A stretch of 64,000 nt of DNA from a virus (taxonomy: Duplodnaviria > Caudoviricetes). Below, piece after piece: positions 8,850-19,407 of this stretch. The position numbers and the translations under genes were made by a program. The notes under the pieces are model-generated. The model was not told the DNA's origin. It ran no database searches and was given only the letters and a program-made list of their open reading frames with translations. Positions within the stretch are counted from its first letter, which is position 1, and the number at the start of each line of letters is the position of its first letter. The stretch lies in the IMG/VR virus record IMGVR_UViG_2799112742_000018, positions 50,065-114,064 of that record. One strand, given 5' to 3'.

Positions 8850-10214
8850 ATGGCAACAACAAGACTTGGTGGTGTCTTCATGAATGACACCGATGGTAAT
8901 ATTGCAAAAGGCGCTGCTGTCAGCACTGAGAATGTGTGTGGTCTGATTTTTGATACTAAGGGATTTTCCAATCCTCTCGGTTCAGGAACTGCTGCTACCA
9001 CATTTGCTAATGGCAATGTTGTGGAGCTGAATACCTCAAAGGATATTGCGGCTGCTGGTATTGATGAGAACGTAATGTGTGGTCTTCCTTACTACCACCT
9101 CAAGATGTTCTTTGAGCTTGCTGGCGAGAATCAGCGTATCTTCGTTTCCTTCATGGACTCTCAGGCAGATGCTAACTTCGATGCAATTCAGGTTATGCAG
9201 GCTGCTGCTGATGGTGTTATCTATCAGATTGGCGTATGGACTGCTGAGCCAGTAGCAACAAAGAATGGTGAGAACTTCACATTCACCACTCTCTACACAA
9301 AGCTTCAGACTGCTGCCGAGGCTCTTGGTGGTAAGATCGGTGTTCCTAACCTTGATGGTAACTCTCCAATCAACATCATCCTCAATGCACCAGTAGTTAC
9401 AGACCTCGTGGTTGACTACACAAAGCTTCCTGAGATCAGTTCTCTCAACTTGCCAAAGGTAACTCATATCCTTGGCCAGGAGGCTAACGAGACTGAGGTT
9501 CGTCCTATCCAGCTTGCCCTCATCAATGCTCTTGGTGACACTAAGGCTGTTCAGGTAGGTAACGTAGGTGCAGCTCTCGCTGTCCTCGCAGTAGCACCAG
9601 CAGACGTAAGCATCGCTTATGTTCGTGACTACAACCTCTCTGGCGCTATGCAGTCATGTGAGCTTGGTTTCGGTAGTATCATTCTTGATGGTGAGACAGC
9701 AGGCGAAAAGACATTCGCAGCAGCTTGCTCTTTCAATAACATGAAGAGCATCACCTATCAGAAGCGTAACGAGAAGCTTCACCAGAAGGGGTATGTATTC
9801 CTCACACCAGTTGAGGGTATCCAGAATGGCGTATTCTTCAGCTCTGACATGACAATGAGTGAAGGTGATTATCGTAGCATCTCTCGCTGTCGCGTAATGC
9901 ACAAGAGCCGCCGCGTTGTACGTCAGGCTCTTCTCAACAAGATCAATGCTCCTGTAATGCTTGATGCTTCTACAGGTCAGATGAGTTCTGCTGACATCAC
10001 AGAGTATCAGAACACTGTTCTTTCAGCTCTTGATCTCAACATGGTACAGCCAGGTACAGGTAACTCACAGATCAGTGGCCGTAGCTGCGCAATTGATCCT
10101 GAGCAGAACATCATCGCTAATGATGAGCTTCTGATTGAGTACTCTCTCGTACCAATCGGTTGTACAAGCGTTATCACTGTGACTGAGGGCTTCGTAGGTG
10201 CTGTTTCTGAGTAA
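8850..10214 (+). CDS. Tail sheath protein 1 (DUF2586-like)
   Basis: YYH...FF, KGY.F and GDY..I...RV..K..R motifs; precedes the tube gene. Confidence 0.85.
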   Translation: MATTRLGGVFMNDTDGNIAKGAAVSTENVCGLIFDTKGFSNPLGSGTAATTFANGNVVELNTSKDIAAAGIDENVMCGLPYYHLKMFFELAGENQRIFVSFMDSQADANFDAIQVMQAAADGVIYQIGVWTAEPVATKNGENFTFTTLYTKLQTAAEALGGKIGVPNLDGNSPINIILNAPVVTDLVVDYTKLPEISSLNLPKVTHILGQEANETEVRPIQLALINALGDTKAVQVGNVGAALAVLAVAPADVSIAYVRDYNLSGAMQSCELGFGSIILDGETAGEKTFAAACSFNNMKSITYQKRNEKLHQKGYVFLTPVEGIQNGVFFSSDMTMSEGDYRSISRCRVMHKSRRVVRQALLNKINAPVMLDASTGQMSSADITEYQNTVLSALDLNMVQPGTGNSQISGRSCAIDPEQNIIANDELLIEYSLVPIGCTSVITVTEGFVGAVSE

Positions 10215-10236
10215 TAACAATTAAAAGAATAAAGAC

Positions 10237-10752
10237 ATGGCAACAGTAATCAATAATGTAGTCGCAAGCTGGTCAATGATCCAGCTCAAGATGAGCAACG
10301 CCTCAAACTCTTCATTCCCAATCTCAGATCAGGGCGGTGAGAACGGTATCCTCGTTGATGCAACAAGTATCAAGTGGAATTGCTCTCGTAAGATTGAGGA
10401 CATCTATGGTCTTGGTGGTCAGAGTCGCGGACGTGGTTTCGGTAATGTTACCTACACTGCCTCTATCACTCTTCCTTACCAGACACAGGCAGAACTTCAG
10501 GCTAAGGGTGGTGGTACTCTTATGGGACTCGGTGAATTTGACATCATCGTTTCTTGGCAGAATGACCTCGCACAGAACATCTCTATGGACACAGTTACCC
10601 TCAAGGGCTGTATCTTCTCAGAGTCTGCTATGGAGGCTAACCAGGATGATACAAGCATTACCCACGAGTATGACCTTCATCCATATCGTATCTATACTTC
10701 TACGGCAGCATCTAACAATGTTAGCTGGAGTATGGAAATGTACAACAAGTAA
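10237..10752 (+). CDS. Tail tube protein
   Basis: VIN....SWS.I, YG.G....RG.GN..Y.ASITL, FDI.V, TL..C.F motifs. Confidence 0.85.
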   Translation: MATVINNVVASWSMIQLKMSNASNSSFPISDQGGENGILVDATSIKWNCSRKIEDIYGLGGQSRGRGFGNVTYTASITLPYQTQAELQAKGGGTLMGLGEFDIIVSWQNDLAQNISMDTVTLKGCIFSESAMEANQDDTSITHEYDLHPYRIYTSTAASNNVSWSMEMYNK

Positions 10753-10786
10753 GCAACGCCGTTTTGCTATACTGAACATAATTTTC

Positions 10787-10816
10787 AGGGAGGAATCGCA
10801 AGGTTCCTCTCTTTTT
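10787..10816 (+). terminator. Intrinsic terminator
   Basis: GGGAGGAATC-GCAA-GGTTCCTCT plus T run. Confidence 0.75.
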
Positions 10817-10903
10817 GTCTATAATCGTTACTAATTGTATATGTTGCTGAAACTATTATCTATAAAGTAAACCATTTAGTTTTTATTTTTAATTTGTTTA
10901 ATT

Positions 10904-11299
10904 ATGGCAAAACAGAAAGAAGAAGAGACACCAGTAGTAGAGACTATTGATGTAAACAACCTCTCAGAGGAACAGCTAAATGCTATCAAGGCAAAGATTG
11001 CCGAGATCAGGGAGAAGCAGCATATCAAGCGTGTATTCGCTATCGTAGTTGAGGGCGATGAGTTTGACGAAAAGCCTATGTTTATTGGCTACTTCCGCAA
11101 CCCAAGCATCATGCACTTCAGTAACTATATGGCATTCGTAACAAAGGATGCTGTACAGGCAGCTCTCAATCTCGCTAAGGCAACCTTCATTGAAGGTGAT
11201 CGTGAGCTGGTTGATGATGATGACATCTTCCTTCGCGGCACATTTGATCGTTTCAGTGCGATCATGGAGCGTAGAAACTCTGAAATGGTAAAAGCATAG
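10904..11299 (+). CDS. Tail assembly chaperone (gpG-like)
   Basis: Lies between tube and tape measure genes; frameshift signal at its 3' end. Confidence 0.8.
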   Translation: MAKQKEEETPVVETIDVNNLSEEQLNAIKAKIAEIREKQHIKRVFAIVVEGDEFDEKPMFIGYFRNPSIMHFSNYMAFVTKDAVQAALNLAKATFIEGDRELVDDDDIFLRGTFDRFSAIMERRNSEMVKA

Positions 11300-11505
11300 A
11301 GCGTTGTCGGATTGATAAGAAGGGATTATTCCAACAACGCATAGCCTTAACGTTCCACTATTACCCGCAGTTCAAACTTCAGGATATGACAGACGAGGAG
11401 TTTGCATTCTGGAGTGAAAATGCCCTTTGGTTACATGAGCAAATGTCATTACTGAAACAAGGTAATACACTCGCAGCTATGGGTGGTGCTGGAGCCAATA
11501 GATAG
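11290..11505 (+). CDS. -1 frame extension of the tail chaperone (gpGT-like), absent from the ORF track
   Basis: Open frame with no start codon near its 5' end (KSIERCRID...HYYPQF..QDMTDEEFAFWSENALWL...GANR); G_GTA_AAA_G then hairpin 11301-11340. Confidence 0.75.
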   Translation, partial: KSIERCRIDKKGLFQQRIALTFHYYPQFKLQDMTDEEFAFWSENALWLHEQMSLLKQGNTLAAMGGAGANR

Positions 11506-11517
11506 ATTTTCTTTCCA

Positions 11518-11565
11518 AAGGGTGACTTTTGAGGCAAAAACCTCATCAGTCACCCTTTTATTTTT
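11518..11565 (+). terminator. Intrinsic terminator
   Basis: AAGGGTGACT...AGTCACCCTT plus T run. Confidence 0.75.
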
Positions 11566-11592
11566 GTCTATTATTAAGAAAAACATTACGTA

Positions 11593-12876
11593 ATGGCAAC
11601 AAAGTTAGGCGGTTTTAGTACTGGCACTATGGTCAGCAAGCCAGAGATAAGGGTTCCAATAGATGAATCTGTCTGTGGCATGATATTCGACATAGCAACA
11701 AGGGATAATATATTCTCAGGATATTCTAAGGCAAAAGTATATTTTGAGGATAATCAGGTTCAATGTATCAATAATGTAGATGAAGCCATCAGTCTCGGAA
11801 TTGCGAAATTCGGAGTACTGAGTGGTGTGCCTTACTATCATATTGAGCAGTTCTATAACTATGTCGGACATGATGCTAAACTCTATATTATGTTTGCCGA
11901 CATAACAAATTCAAGTGTTGAAAATTCACCACTTGAGATAATGCTTACAGAAAGTAATTGCGAGGTGTTTCAGATTGGTATCTGGACTGAAAGTAACATA
12001 TTCAATAAGCAAGATGACAATATTGTGTTTTCTGACATAATATCAAATATCCATGCTCAATCTCAGCAAATCAAAGGTACAAGCGAAGCACCGACATCAT
12101 ATCCATCAGCAGTTAATGTAATTGTCTGTGGAGGTCTCGGTGCTGGGGATCTTCATAAGAGTGACATCAATTATAAGAATCTACCAGATTGTACAGATAT
12201 GAACTATGAGCTTCTATCTATCATCATCGGTGAATGCACAAATACTTCTGTCTTACCAATTGCTGATGATGCACAAGTAGGCATGATTGGTCTTGTAATG
12301 GGATGTCTTGCCACATGTGGTGCTGAGAATAGTATTGCCTGTGTAAAGGACTTTAATCTTAACAGAGATGATACATTTGCCAGTGCTAAATTGGGACTGG
12401 GAAGTGACGGAACTAATATAACAAATATTAATCGTATTCAAGCTTCCATTCTTGCTCTGAAGGGATACATATTCCCAACAACATACGACTCTAAAGAAGG
12501 AGCTATATATCTATGCAGTGATAGCACAATGTCTATGGGCGATTATGGATCTATTAGCAGTAATCGTATAATTGACAGACTGAGAAGGATCATGCGTAGA
12601 GCATTAGTTCCTATGATTAATGGTAGAATCGTTTTTGAAAAGAGAATGGATACCATATCTCAGGCTTCAATTACTGAGATAAAAAATAACATGAAGGATG
12701 CTATTGATACATATATGATAAATACCGAGGGACAGTCTCAGTTATCTGCTTATGAAATCAATATCAATAGTTATCAGCCAAAGGCTAAGGATGATCAAAT
12801 TGAAATAGAAATTGCCTTTGCATATCTTGAGAGTGAAAATGTAATTAGTTTTATTGAACGCTACAATACTAAGTAA
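11593..12876 (+). CDS. Tail sheath paralogue 2
   Basis: Collinear similarity to 8850..10214 (MAT.LGG, VCG.IFD, G.PYYH, QIG.WT, KGY.F, SD.TMS.GDY.SIS). Confidence 0.85.
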   Translation: MATKLGGFSTGTMVSKPEIRVPIDESVCGMIFDIATRDNIFSGYSKAKVYFEDNQVQCINNVDEAISLGIAKFGVLSGVPYYHIEQFYNYVGHDAKLYIMFADITNSSVENSPLEIMLTESNCEVFQIGIWTESNIFNKQDDNIVFSDIISNIHAQSQQIKGTSEAPTSYPSAVNVIVCGGLGAGDLHKSDINYKNLPDCTDMNYELLSIIIGECTNTSVLPIADDAQVGMIGLVMGCLATCGAENSIACVKDFNLNRDDTFASAKLGLGSDGTNITNINRIQASILALKGYIFPTTYDSKEGAIYLCSDSTMSMGDYGSISSNRIIDRLRRIMRRALVPMINGRIVFEKRMDTISQASITEIKNNMKDAIDTYMINTEGQSQLSAYEININSYQPKAKDDQIEIEIAFAYLESENVISFIERYNTK

Positions 12877-12878
12877 TT

Positions 12879-15800
12879 ATGGCTGGAATATCACAGACAA
12901 AAACATACGGAGTAAGCTATGTTATTAATGGTGATGCTTCAAAACTTACAAGCGCCTTAACAGGAGCTAAAGAACAGGCTTCCCTTCTCAGTGATGCTCT
13001 TAGTGGTGCCCGCACAAACATGCAGGCTTTGTTTGGACATGGATCTAATTTAACTGAGTCTTTTGAAAAACTAAATAAATTTTATAGTGAGGCTATAAAA
13101 GCGCAGAAGTCAGGACAAAGTAATGCTCTTTCAACCAGCGCTAAATTATCAGAAGATTTAACTAAAAAAACAAAAGCATTACGAAAGCAACTTGAAAGTA
13201 ATCCGATAATTTCAGAAAAGGGACTAATTGGTGCTAATATTGTTAAGAGTATTCAGAGCCAATTAAATGCTCATAAGTTTGGAATAACGGTAAGTCCAAT
13301 ATTGTCCGCTAATGCACAGGTAACACTTCAGGAACAACTAAGCAAGTTGAGCCTAACCGTTAATGTTCAGCCAAACTTTAATAAAGCTAAGGATACTAAA
13401 AAAGGCGCTAACGCAGTATCCCCATCTCAGAAGAGAACCTACACGTCTCCAACAGCTAAGGCTTCCGCTAATTCTTTGGCTCAAATTAGACAGGAACTTA
13501 CTCAGCTTCAGAACTACATAAAGGCAAATCCTCTTACTGGTAACTTCCGCGTAAACTACGGAGAAAGCCGCACTCAGGTTCAGCGTATTATCGGCAATCT
13601 GAGACAATATGCTATGACCAAACCTATCAGGGTTCCTGTAGAGGTTGTATGGGGTAATGCTGGAGGTCAACTTCAGAATATATTATCAGGTCTTCAGAGT
13701 TTTGCTAATGGACATGGCATAAAGACAACGGCAAAAGTATCAGGAACTGCTACAGGAGGCAGTACAGGTACTGGATCAACACTTACTGATGAACAGAAAA
13801 AAGAGTCTGCAATAAGGTCTGCTGCCAGATCTAAATGGTCTTCTATGTTGGATAAGCAATTGGGTAATTACTATCCAGGATGGAAAGAAGAGCAGATGGC
13901 TAAATATGATAAGTGGGCGGCAAAATTTCCAGGAATGGCTGGAGCAGAAAGACTTCAGAATTTTTCTGAAAATTATCGTCAACGCCAACTTCGCCAGACA
14001 TCATTGGATAAAGCCAACAAGCAGGCAGAAAGGATAGAAAAACAACATCAAGCAAATAAGCAGAGGGTTACTGACTCTGTAATGCGTGATATTGAGAAGA
14101 GCAACAGAGCTGAAATAAAGGAAAAAGAAAGACTTGCAAGGGAAAGCCAAAAGGCGCAGGAAAGAATTGCAAGAGAACAGGCTAAGGCTCAAGAAAGACT
14201 TATAAAGGAGCAGGAAAGGGCTGCTCAAAGACAGGCAAGAGAGCAGGCTAAGGCTCAGAGAATAGCACAACAGAGAGCCAATGCCCAGCGTTATGTTCCT
14301 GGAGGCCCTAATGGGCCTATTCCTCCTGGTAGCAGAGGTGATATATACACCAGAATGCGTAAGTCTTGGTATCCATTTACAGGAAACACCTCATTTGGCG
14401 CTCGTACCCCAATGGCTCTTGATATGGCCAAGGGTATGGGTATGATGTTCGCTGTCAGTGGTGTAATGCAGGCTGTGACAAGCTCTTTCCATCAGGTAGC
14501 TGAATACGAGAATATGATGAAGACCGTACAAGCTATCCTGAAGACTAATGATGGCGGCGCTAACTTTAATGGTCGTTTCAAGGCTATGGAGGAAGAGGTT
14601 CGTAGGGTAGGGCGTGAGACTAAGTTCACAGCCCCAGAGGTTGCTGGTGCTGCTCGTTTTATGGCTATGGCTGGTCTTGGTATTGAGGATATTAATGCTG
14701 CTACCAACCCTATCGCTAACCTTGCTCTTGTTGGTGACAATGATATGAGTACAACGGCTGATAAGATGACCAATATTATGACATCTTTCGGCTTGTTGAA
14801 GGGACTTAGTGCTGCTCAGAAGAAAGCTAATATGAGGCATACTTCAGATATTTTGACAAATACTTTTACAAAGTCAAATACTGATCTTATGCAATTGGCA
14901 GAGGCTATGCAGTACGCTGGCCCTATGTCACATCTTACAGGTACATCCCTTGAGGATGCTGCCGCTATGGTTGGTGTCATGGGTAATGCTGGTATTCAGT
15001 CTTCTATGGCTGGTACTACGTTGCGTATGATGTACCAGAATATCATCAAGCCTAACAAGAAACAGGCTGCTGAATGGAAGAGACTTGGTATCAATACTAA
15101 GGATGATCAGGGCAGGAATCGTGACATATTTGAGATACTGAAGGATCTCCGAGCAAAGATTACTGGTACTACGGATTTGAATAGTAAGGTTGGAGCTGAC
15201 CAGTTAAAGATAATGGGTGCTGAGGTGATGTCTCTCTTCAGAACAACTGCTGGTGCTGGTACTGCTGCTTTGCTTGAGAATCTTGGTGAGGCTATCAATC
15301 TTGCACAAAGTAACCGCGAATCTAACGGTGTTGCACAGACTATTGCCGATGAGAAGAAGAATACTATCTCAGGTCTCTGGGCACAGGTAACATCTACATT
15401 CACAGATCAGAGTGTTAATACTGTGAATGAATTTGTCGAGACTATTAAAGATATGCTTCGTAATTTGAGGGATTGGCTTGCTTCTAAGGAGGCTGCCAAT
15501 ACTCTCAAGGAAATTTATTCTTTGGCAAAAAGTTTAATTGAAGTTTTCGGAAGTGTTGCTAAAATATGGTTGGGAATATATAATTTTGCACCAAGTGTTG
15601 TAAAATTCTTTATTTCTTTCCAGTTATGGGCTACACAATTAGGCTTCCTTGCTACACCTATTATACAGGTAACTGGCGCAATAGCAACATTAAAAAATAC
15701 ATTATTGGGATTATTAGGAGTATCAACCACTGTATCTGGCGGTCTTGCAAGAGGTATGGGAGGATATTTGCCTATTGCGGCCAATGGTATTGGTGTCAGT

Positions 15801-18266
15801 AGAATTGCACAATCAAATATTGATAATGGTGGTCTTGTTCTTGCTAATATTCAAGGTGGAAGAAAAAGAATACCAGAAAGTATAAGACAGGATATGATGG
15901 CATATAGGGCTGCAAATTGGCCAAATAATATGTCTTCTTATGCTATGGGTAGAGATCGTGTAAGGAGTTTAACAAAAATTTATAAAAATTTTGATCCAGC
16001 AGCTTATGGAACTATGGCTGTTGGTACTGGCGCTCTTACTGCAAATAATATTGCGCGTTTTTACAATGGAAATGCAAGTCTTCCAAGCGCACAATTAGCA
16101 AGGCTTCAAATGAGAAATATGCTTGTTAAGGCAGGAAGAGAAACAAACGCATTACGTCCTTCAAATAGAATCCCAAGATATTACAATACTGCTGGTATTA
16201 CAAGGGTTATGCCATTCTATCAGTATGCAAACAATAGTAATGCCGTATTGTATGGTGGTACAGCAATAACTTCATTGGCAGATACATATAGAAGAAAATC
16301 TGGCCAATATAATACATTAGCTCTTAGACTTTCTCCTGACGATAAAAGAAGAGGAGAATTGTTTGCTAAGGCAAATAAAATGATGAGAGCTGCTGATGTA
16401 GCTGAAGCTGCACAGAAAAAAGCACGTAAAGATGCAATATTCGCAGCAGCAGCAAAAAGACACGCTACGAGAACTATTGGTAATGATGTTCTTCTTCGTG
16501 GAATGTCAAGGGGAAAATTTGGATATGGGGGAGCATTTGGCGCTGCCTTACAATCTGGCATAGCTATGGGGGCATGGAGTGGCATTAATGGTATCAAACA
16601 AATTTTCCAATCATTAAGTCTTTATCTTGCAAAAGGAATAGGCCTATTAATGAGTCCAGTGGGTGCTGTTACCGCAGGATTAGTAACATTAGGTGTAACT
16701 TTATACAAAGTTTATGAACATGTAAAAGAAGTAAACAGACAACATGAGGTAGCAATAATAAACTATCAGAAAATGTCAGACGCATTATCTAAAGATAGGG
16801 AAAATCTTATTAATATGGGTAATGCTATTGGTGGTTTTAGTGTAATTAATTCTGGGTATCAAAGAGAGATGTCTTCTACCCCAACATCTTATACCCTTCC
16901 AACAGAATATACAAAGGGTATATTGAATGACACAGGTAAATTATTACCAAGTGAAATTGTTAAAAGCTATGTTTCATTATATGGTAAATATTTACCAAGC
17001 GGAACAATAGAGACATTCTTGAAACGTACACCAGATTATACATCAATGTCAAATTATGAGGATCCACATGATTTGTTTGGTGGTGCTACGGTAAAAAATG
17101 AAAAGGGCAGCAAAAATGCTCAAAGACTTGCTGTTGTTGCTCAATGGGCTAAATTTGCCACAGAGCAAGACGATGTTCAGAAAGCAGCCAGGGCTATTCT
17201 TGAGGCTCAGTCAAAGGGTGATCTGAAACAAGTTCGTGCAATTCTTGATCAGTTTAAGGTTCCAACAAATGCCAAGAGCATGTTGAGCATGAATAAGAAT
17301 GCGGAGGAACTTTCAAAGCTTGAAAATGCAGACAAAACATTTGAGTTTATGTATGCTCAGCTTAATTATCTGAAAGAAATAGCTGACAAGATGGATATTC
17401 CTATTCAGAATTACACTAAGGCAATGGAGTTAATAGATGAGTTATCTAAACAAAAAGGAAAGATTTCCTCAGATAGCATCAAGGAACTGTCAACAACATT
17501 GTTAAAGGCACAATCTGTATCTTGGAGAGGTAAAACAGGTTCTCTTATACTTGGTAAGGATAATAAAGTTGATTGGCTTGCAATGGCTAAACAATTTAAT
17601 GAAAGTATTCCTTTTACATTGGCTGAACAACAGCAAATCATGTATGATGCACTTGACAATATATTTGATAATGAAAATATGGATAAGATTCCTGAAATAG
17701 CAACTTTGGTAGCGAGATACCTTCCATTACTTCAGAATCTTACACCATTTGATAGTAACGGTTTATCATATACTTCTAACTCTATCCAATCCGTAGCTAA
17801 CAAAATCAAAGATTCACAAAAGCATTTTACTGGTATGGCTTCAGAGAATGCTGATGAGCGCGAGTCAATGGTAAAGAATATAATGCAATGGATAAGATCA
17901 AGAAAAGGAGATAGGGGGCAGGATTTAACACAGCAAAATATTGACAATCTATATGCACTATTGAAAAAATGGGGATATGATAAAAAGGGACATAAAATAG
18001 TTGCTCCTGAAAAGAATACATCCATTACCCCTCCAGGCACTTCAGATCAGTCTGCATACGATTCTAAATACAACAATCATCAGGCTCGTCCAACGCAGAT
18101 TATCTTTGATATTGATAATCTTGTTAAATTCGACAATACTCAAGTCAATAGTTTGGATCAAAAGGGTATTGCAGAATCCGTTGGCAGACAGATGGCTGAA
18201 GGTCTTCATTTGATGTTTGCACAAGCAGCTTCTGAATTTGGAATCGTCGCAGAACATAACGGATAG
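12879..18266 (+). CDS. Tape measure protein (TP901 family)
   Basis: 1795 aa; TKFTA.EVA.A...AMAG, SNTDL.QL.EAM.Y.GP, GIQ.S.AGT.LR. Confidence 0.95.
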   Translation: MAGISQTKTYGVSYVINGDASKLTSALTGAKEQASLLSDALSGARTNMQALFGHGSNLTESFEKLNKFYSEAIKAQKSGQSNALSTSAKLSEDLTKKTKALRKQLESNPIISEKGLIGANIVKSIQSQLNAHKFGITVSPILSANAQVTLQEQLSKLSLTVNVQPNFNKAKDTKKGANAVSPSQKRTYTSPTAKASANSLAQIRQELTQLQNYIKANPLTGNFRVNYGESRTQVQRIIGNLRQYAMTKPIRVPVEVVWGNAGGQLQNILSGLQSFANGHGIKTTAKVSGTATGGSTGTGSTLTDEQKKESAIRSAARSKWSSMLDKQLGNYYPGWKEEQMAKYDKWAAKFPGMAGAERLQNFSENYRQRQLRQTSLDKANKQAERIEKQHQANKQRVTDSVMRDIEKSNRAEIKEKERLARESQKAQERIAREQAKAQERLIKEQERAAQRQAREQAKAQRIAQQRANAQRYVPGGPNGPIPPGSRGDIYTRMRKSWYPFTGNTSFGARTPMALDMAKGMGMMFAVSGVMQAVTSSFHQVAEYENMMKTVQAILKTNDGGANFNGRFKAMEEEVRRVGRETKFTAPEVAGAARFMAMAGLGIEDINAATNPIANLALVGDNDMSTTADKMTNIMTSFGLLKGLSAAQKKANMRHTSDILTNTFTKSNTDLMQLAEAMQYAGPMSHLTGTSLEDAAAMVGVMGNAGIQSSMAGTTLRMMYQNIIKPNKKQAAEWKRLGINTKDDQGRNRDIFEILKDLRAKITGTTDLNSKVGADQLKIMGAEVMSLFRTTAGAGTAALLENLGEAINLAQSNRESNGVAQTIADEKKNTISGLWAQVTSTFTDQSVNTVNEFVETIKDMLRNLRDWLASKEAANTLKEIYSLAKSLIEVFGSVAKIWLGIYNFAPSVVKFFISFQLWATQLGFLATPIIQVTGAIATLKNTLLGLLGVSTTVSGGLARGMGGYLPIAANGIGVSRIAQSNIDNGGLVLANIQGGRKRIPESIRQDMMAYRAANWPNNMSSYAMGRDRVRSLTKIYKNFDPAAYGTMAVGTGALTANNIARFYNGNASLPSAQLARLQMRNMLVKAGRETNALRPSNRIPRYYNTAGITRVMPFYQYANNSNAVLYGGTAITSLADTYRRKSGQYNTLALRLSPDDKRRGELFAKANKMMRAADVAEAAQKKARKDAIFAAAAKRHATRTIGNDVLLRGMSRGKFGYGGAFGAALQSGIAMGAWSGINGIKQIFQSLSLYLAKGIGLLMSPVGAVTAGLVTLGVTLYKVYEHVKEVNRQHEVAIINYQKMSDALSKDRENLINMGNAIGGFSVINSGYQREMSSTPTSYTLPTEYTKGILNDTGKLLPSEIVKSYVSLYGKYLPSGTIETFLKRTPDYTSMSNYEDPHDLFGGATVKNEKGSKNAQRLAVVAQWAKFATEQDDVQKAARAILEAQSKGDLKQVRAILDQFKVPTNAKSMLSMNKNAEELSKLENADKTFEFMYAQLNYLKEIADKMDIPIQNYTKAMELIDELSKQKGKISSDSIKELSTTLLKAQSVSWRGKTGSLILGKDNKVDWLAMAKQFNESIPFTLAEQQQIMYDALDNIFDNENMDKIPEIATLVARYLPLLQNLTPFDSNGLSYTSNSIQSVANKIKDSQKHFTGMASENADERESMVKNIMQWIRSRKGDRGQDLTQQNIDNLYALLKKWGYDKKGHKIVAPEKNTSITPPGTSDQSAYDSKYNNHQARPTQIIFDIDNLVKFDNTQVNSLDQKGIAESVGRQMAEGLHLMFAQAASEFGIVAEHNG

Positions 18267-18305
18267 GCTATGTAGGAAAACCTATTATTAAGAAAGATAA
18301 TAATT

Positions 18306-19406
18306 ATGGCATCATTATTCCAGAACTTATCCGTAACCGCTATACCAACTGTAAATTATGCGTATGACATAGTATCAGGCTATGCCATACGCACTCTTAG
18401 TAATAAGATGGATGAGATCATCAATGGTAAGAGGCAAGTCAGATTCTACTATAGGAGAGATAACAGATCATTCTTTCAAGTATTGGTGGATTCTGCCCTT
18501 CAGTATGCTTCTACAGAATTGAAGAATGCCATGTACAAAGCGGTTAGGGATAAGTTTCAAAAACAAAGAAAAGAGGAATATGTCAATCTTGTTAAGGATC
18601 GTAGAAAAACCAAACTGGTAAGTAGTGGTAATCTTCAGATACGTAACTATGGTGTGATGACAGTCCCCATTGTTGATGAAAAAAATAAATTTGGAACAAT
18701 TGAATGTAAGGATACTTATGGAAATAGTTGTAGTGATGGTTTGATGTTGAAAATACCAACAAACTACAATGTCAAATACACAAGGTATCAAAATTATGTT
18801 TCACACTATGATACGGTATCAGTATCCGTAGGTAATAATAAAGATATAGAGTCAACCTTTGAGTCTAAGTATCTTGTCTGGAGCGATGCTACCTCAATGA
18901 TAACTTTTCAGAGCAATAAGAATACAATTATAACACCAGTTGTCGGCAGAGACTATTCTCGTAAGGAGCTTGCATCTAATGGTGATATAAAGTTCTCAGT
19001 ATCAGGTCATATACTTTCAGGAATGGCTGAGGTGTTTCCTACAGAACAGGTACAGAAATTCATCCAGATAATGCAGTACAAAGGACTTATTGAAATCAAC
19101 AATATTCTCCTTGATCAATTTGGTATTGAAAAGATACTTGTACTTGATTTTAGCATTACACCATTGGAAGGAACAAAGTCTCAGGTGGACTATTCATTCA
19201 ATGCAATAGGTATCCAACCAAGACATGAAATTGAAATTACCGATGATACGCTATACTTGGATGACATTATATTTAATATGCAGACATCTGATGAAGAGGA
19301 TGCTTGGACTAAGTGGTTCAATGCAAAGGCTGAGGGTACTGCGTATTCTGTTATTGAAGTTCTTGATACTGGTATCAATGCCGCTATCAACAAAATCCAT
19401 ATCTAA
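18306..19406 (+). CDS. Tail tube initiator/baseplate protein (DUF6046-like)
   Basis: KN.I.T.V.GRD.S.KE....D and L..FGI motifs; follows the tape measure gene. Confidence 0.65.
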   Translation: MASLFQNLSVTAIPTVNYAYDIVSGYAIRTLSNKMDEIINGKRQVRFYYRRDNRSFFQVLVDSALQYASTELKNAMYKAVRDKFQKQRKEEYVNLVKDRRKTKLVSSGNLQIRNYGVMTVPIVDEKNKFGTIECKDTYGNSCSDGLMLKIPTNYNVKYTRYQNYVSHYDTVSVSVGNNKDIESTFESKYLVWSDATSMITFQSNKNTIITPVVGRDYSRKELASNGDIKFSVSGHILSGMAEVFPTEQVQKFIQIMQYKGLIEINNILLDQFGIEKILVLDFSITPLEGTKSQVDYSFNAIGIQPRHEIEITDDTLYLDDIIFNMQTSDEEDAWTKWFNAKAEGTAYSVIEVLDTGINAAINKIHI

Positions 19407-19407
19407 T

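Noticed and set aside
19225-19407. Long N-terminal extensions in the ORF track (19225; likewise 31296 and 23590)
   Set aside because: They overlap upstream genes or promoter elements; downstream ATGs at 19408, 31416 and 23611 have better context.
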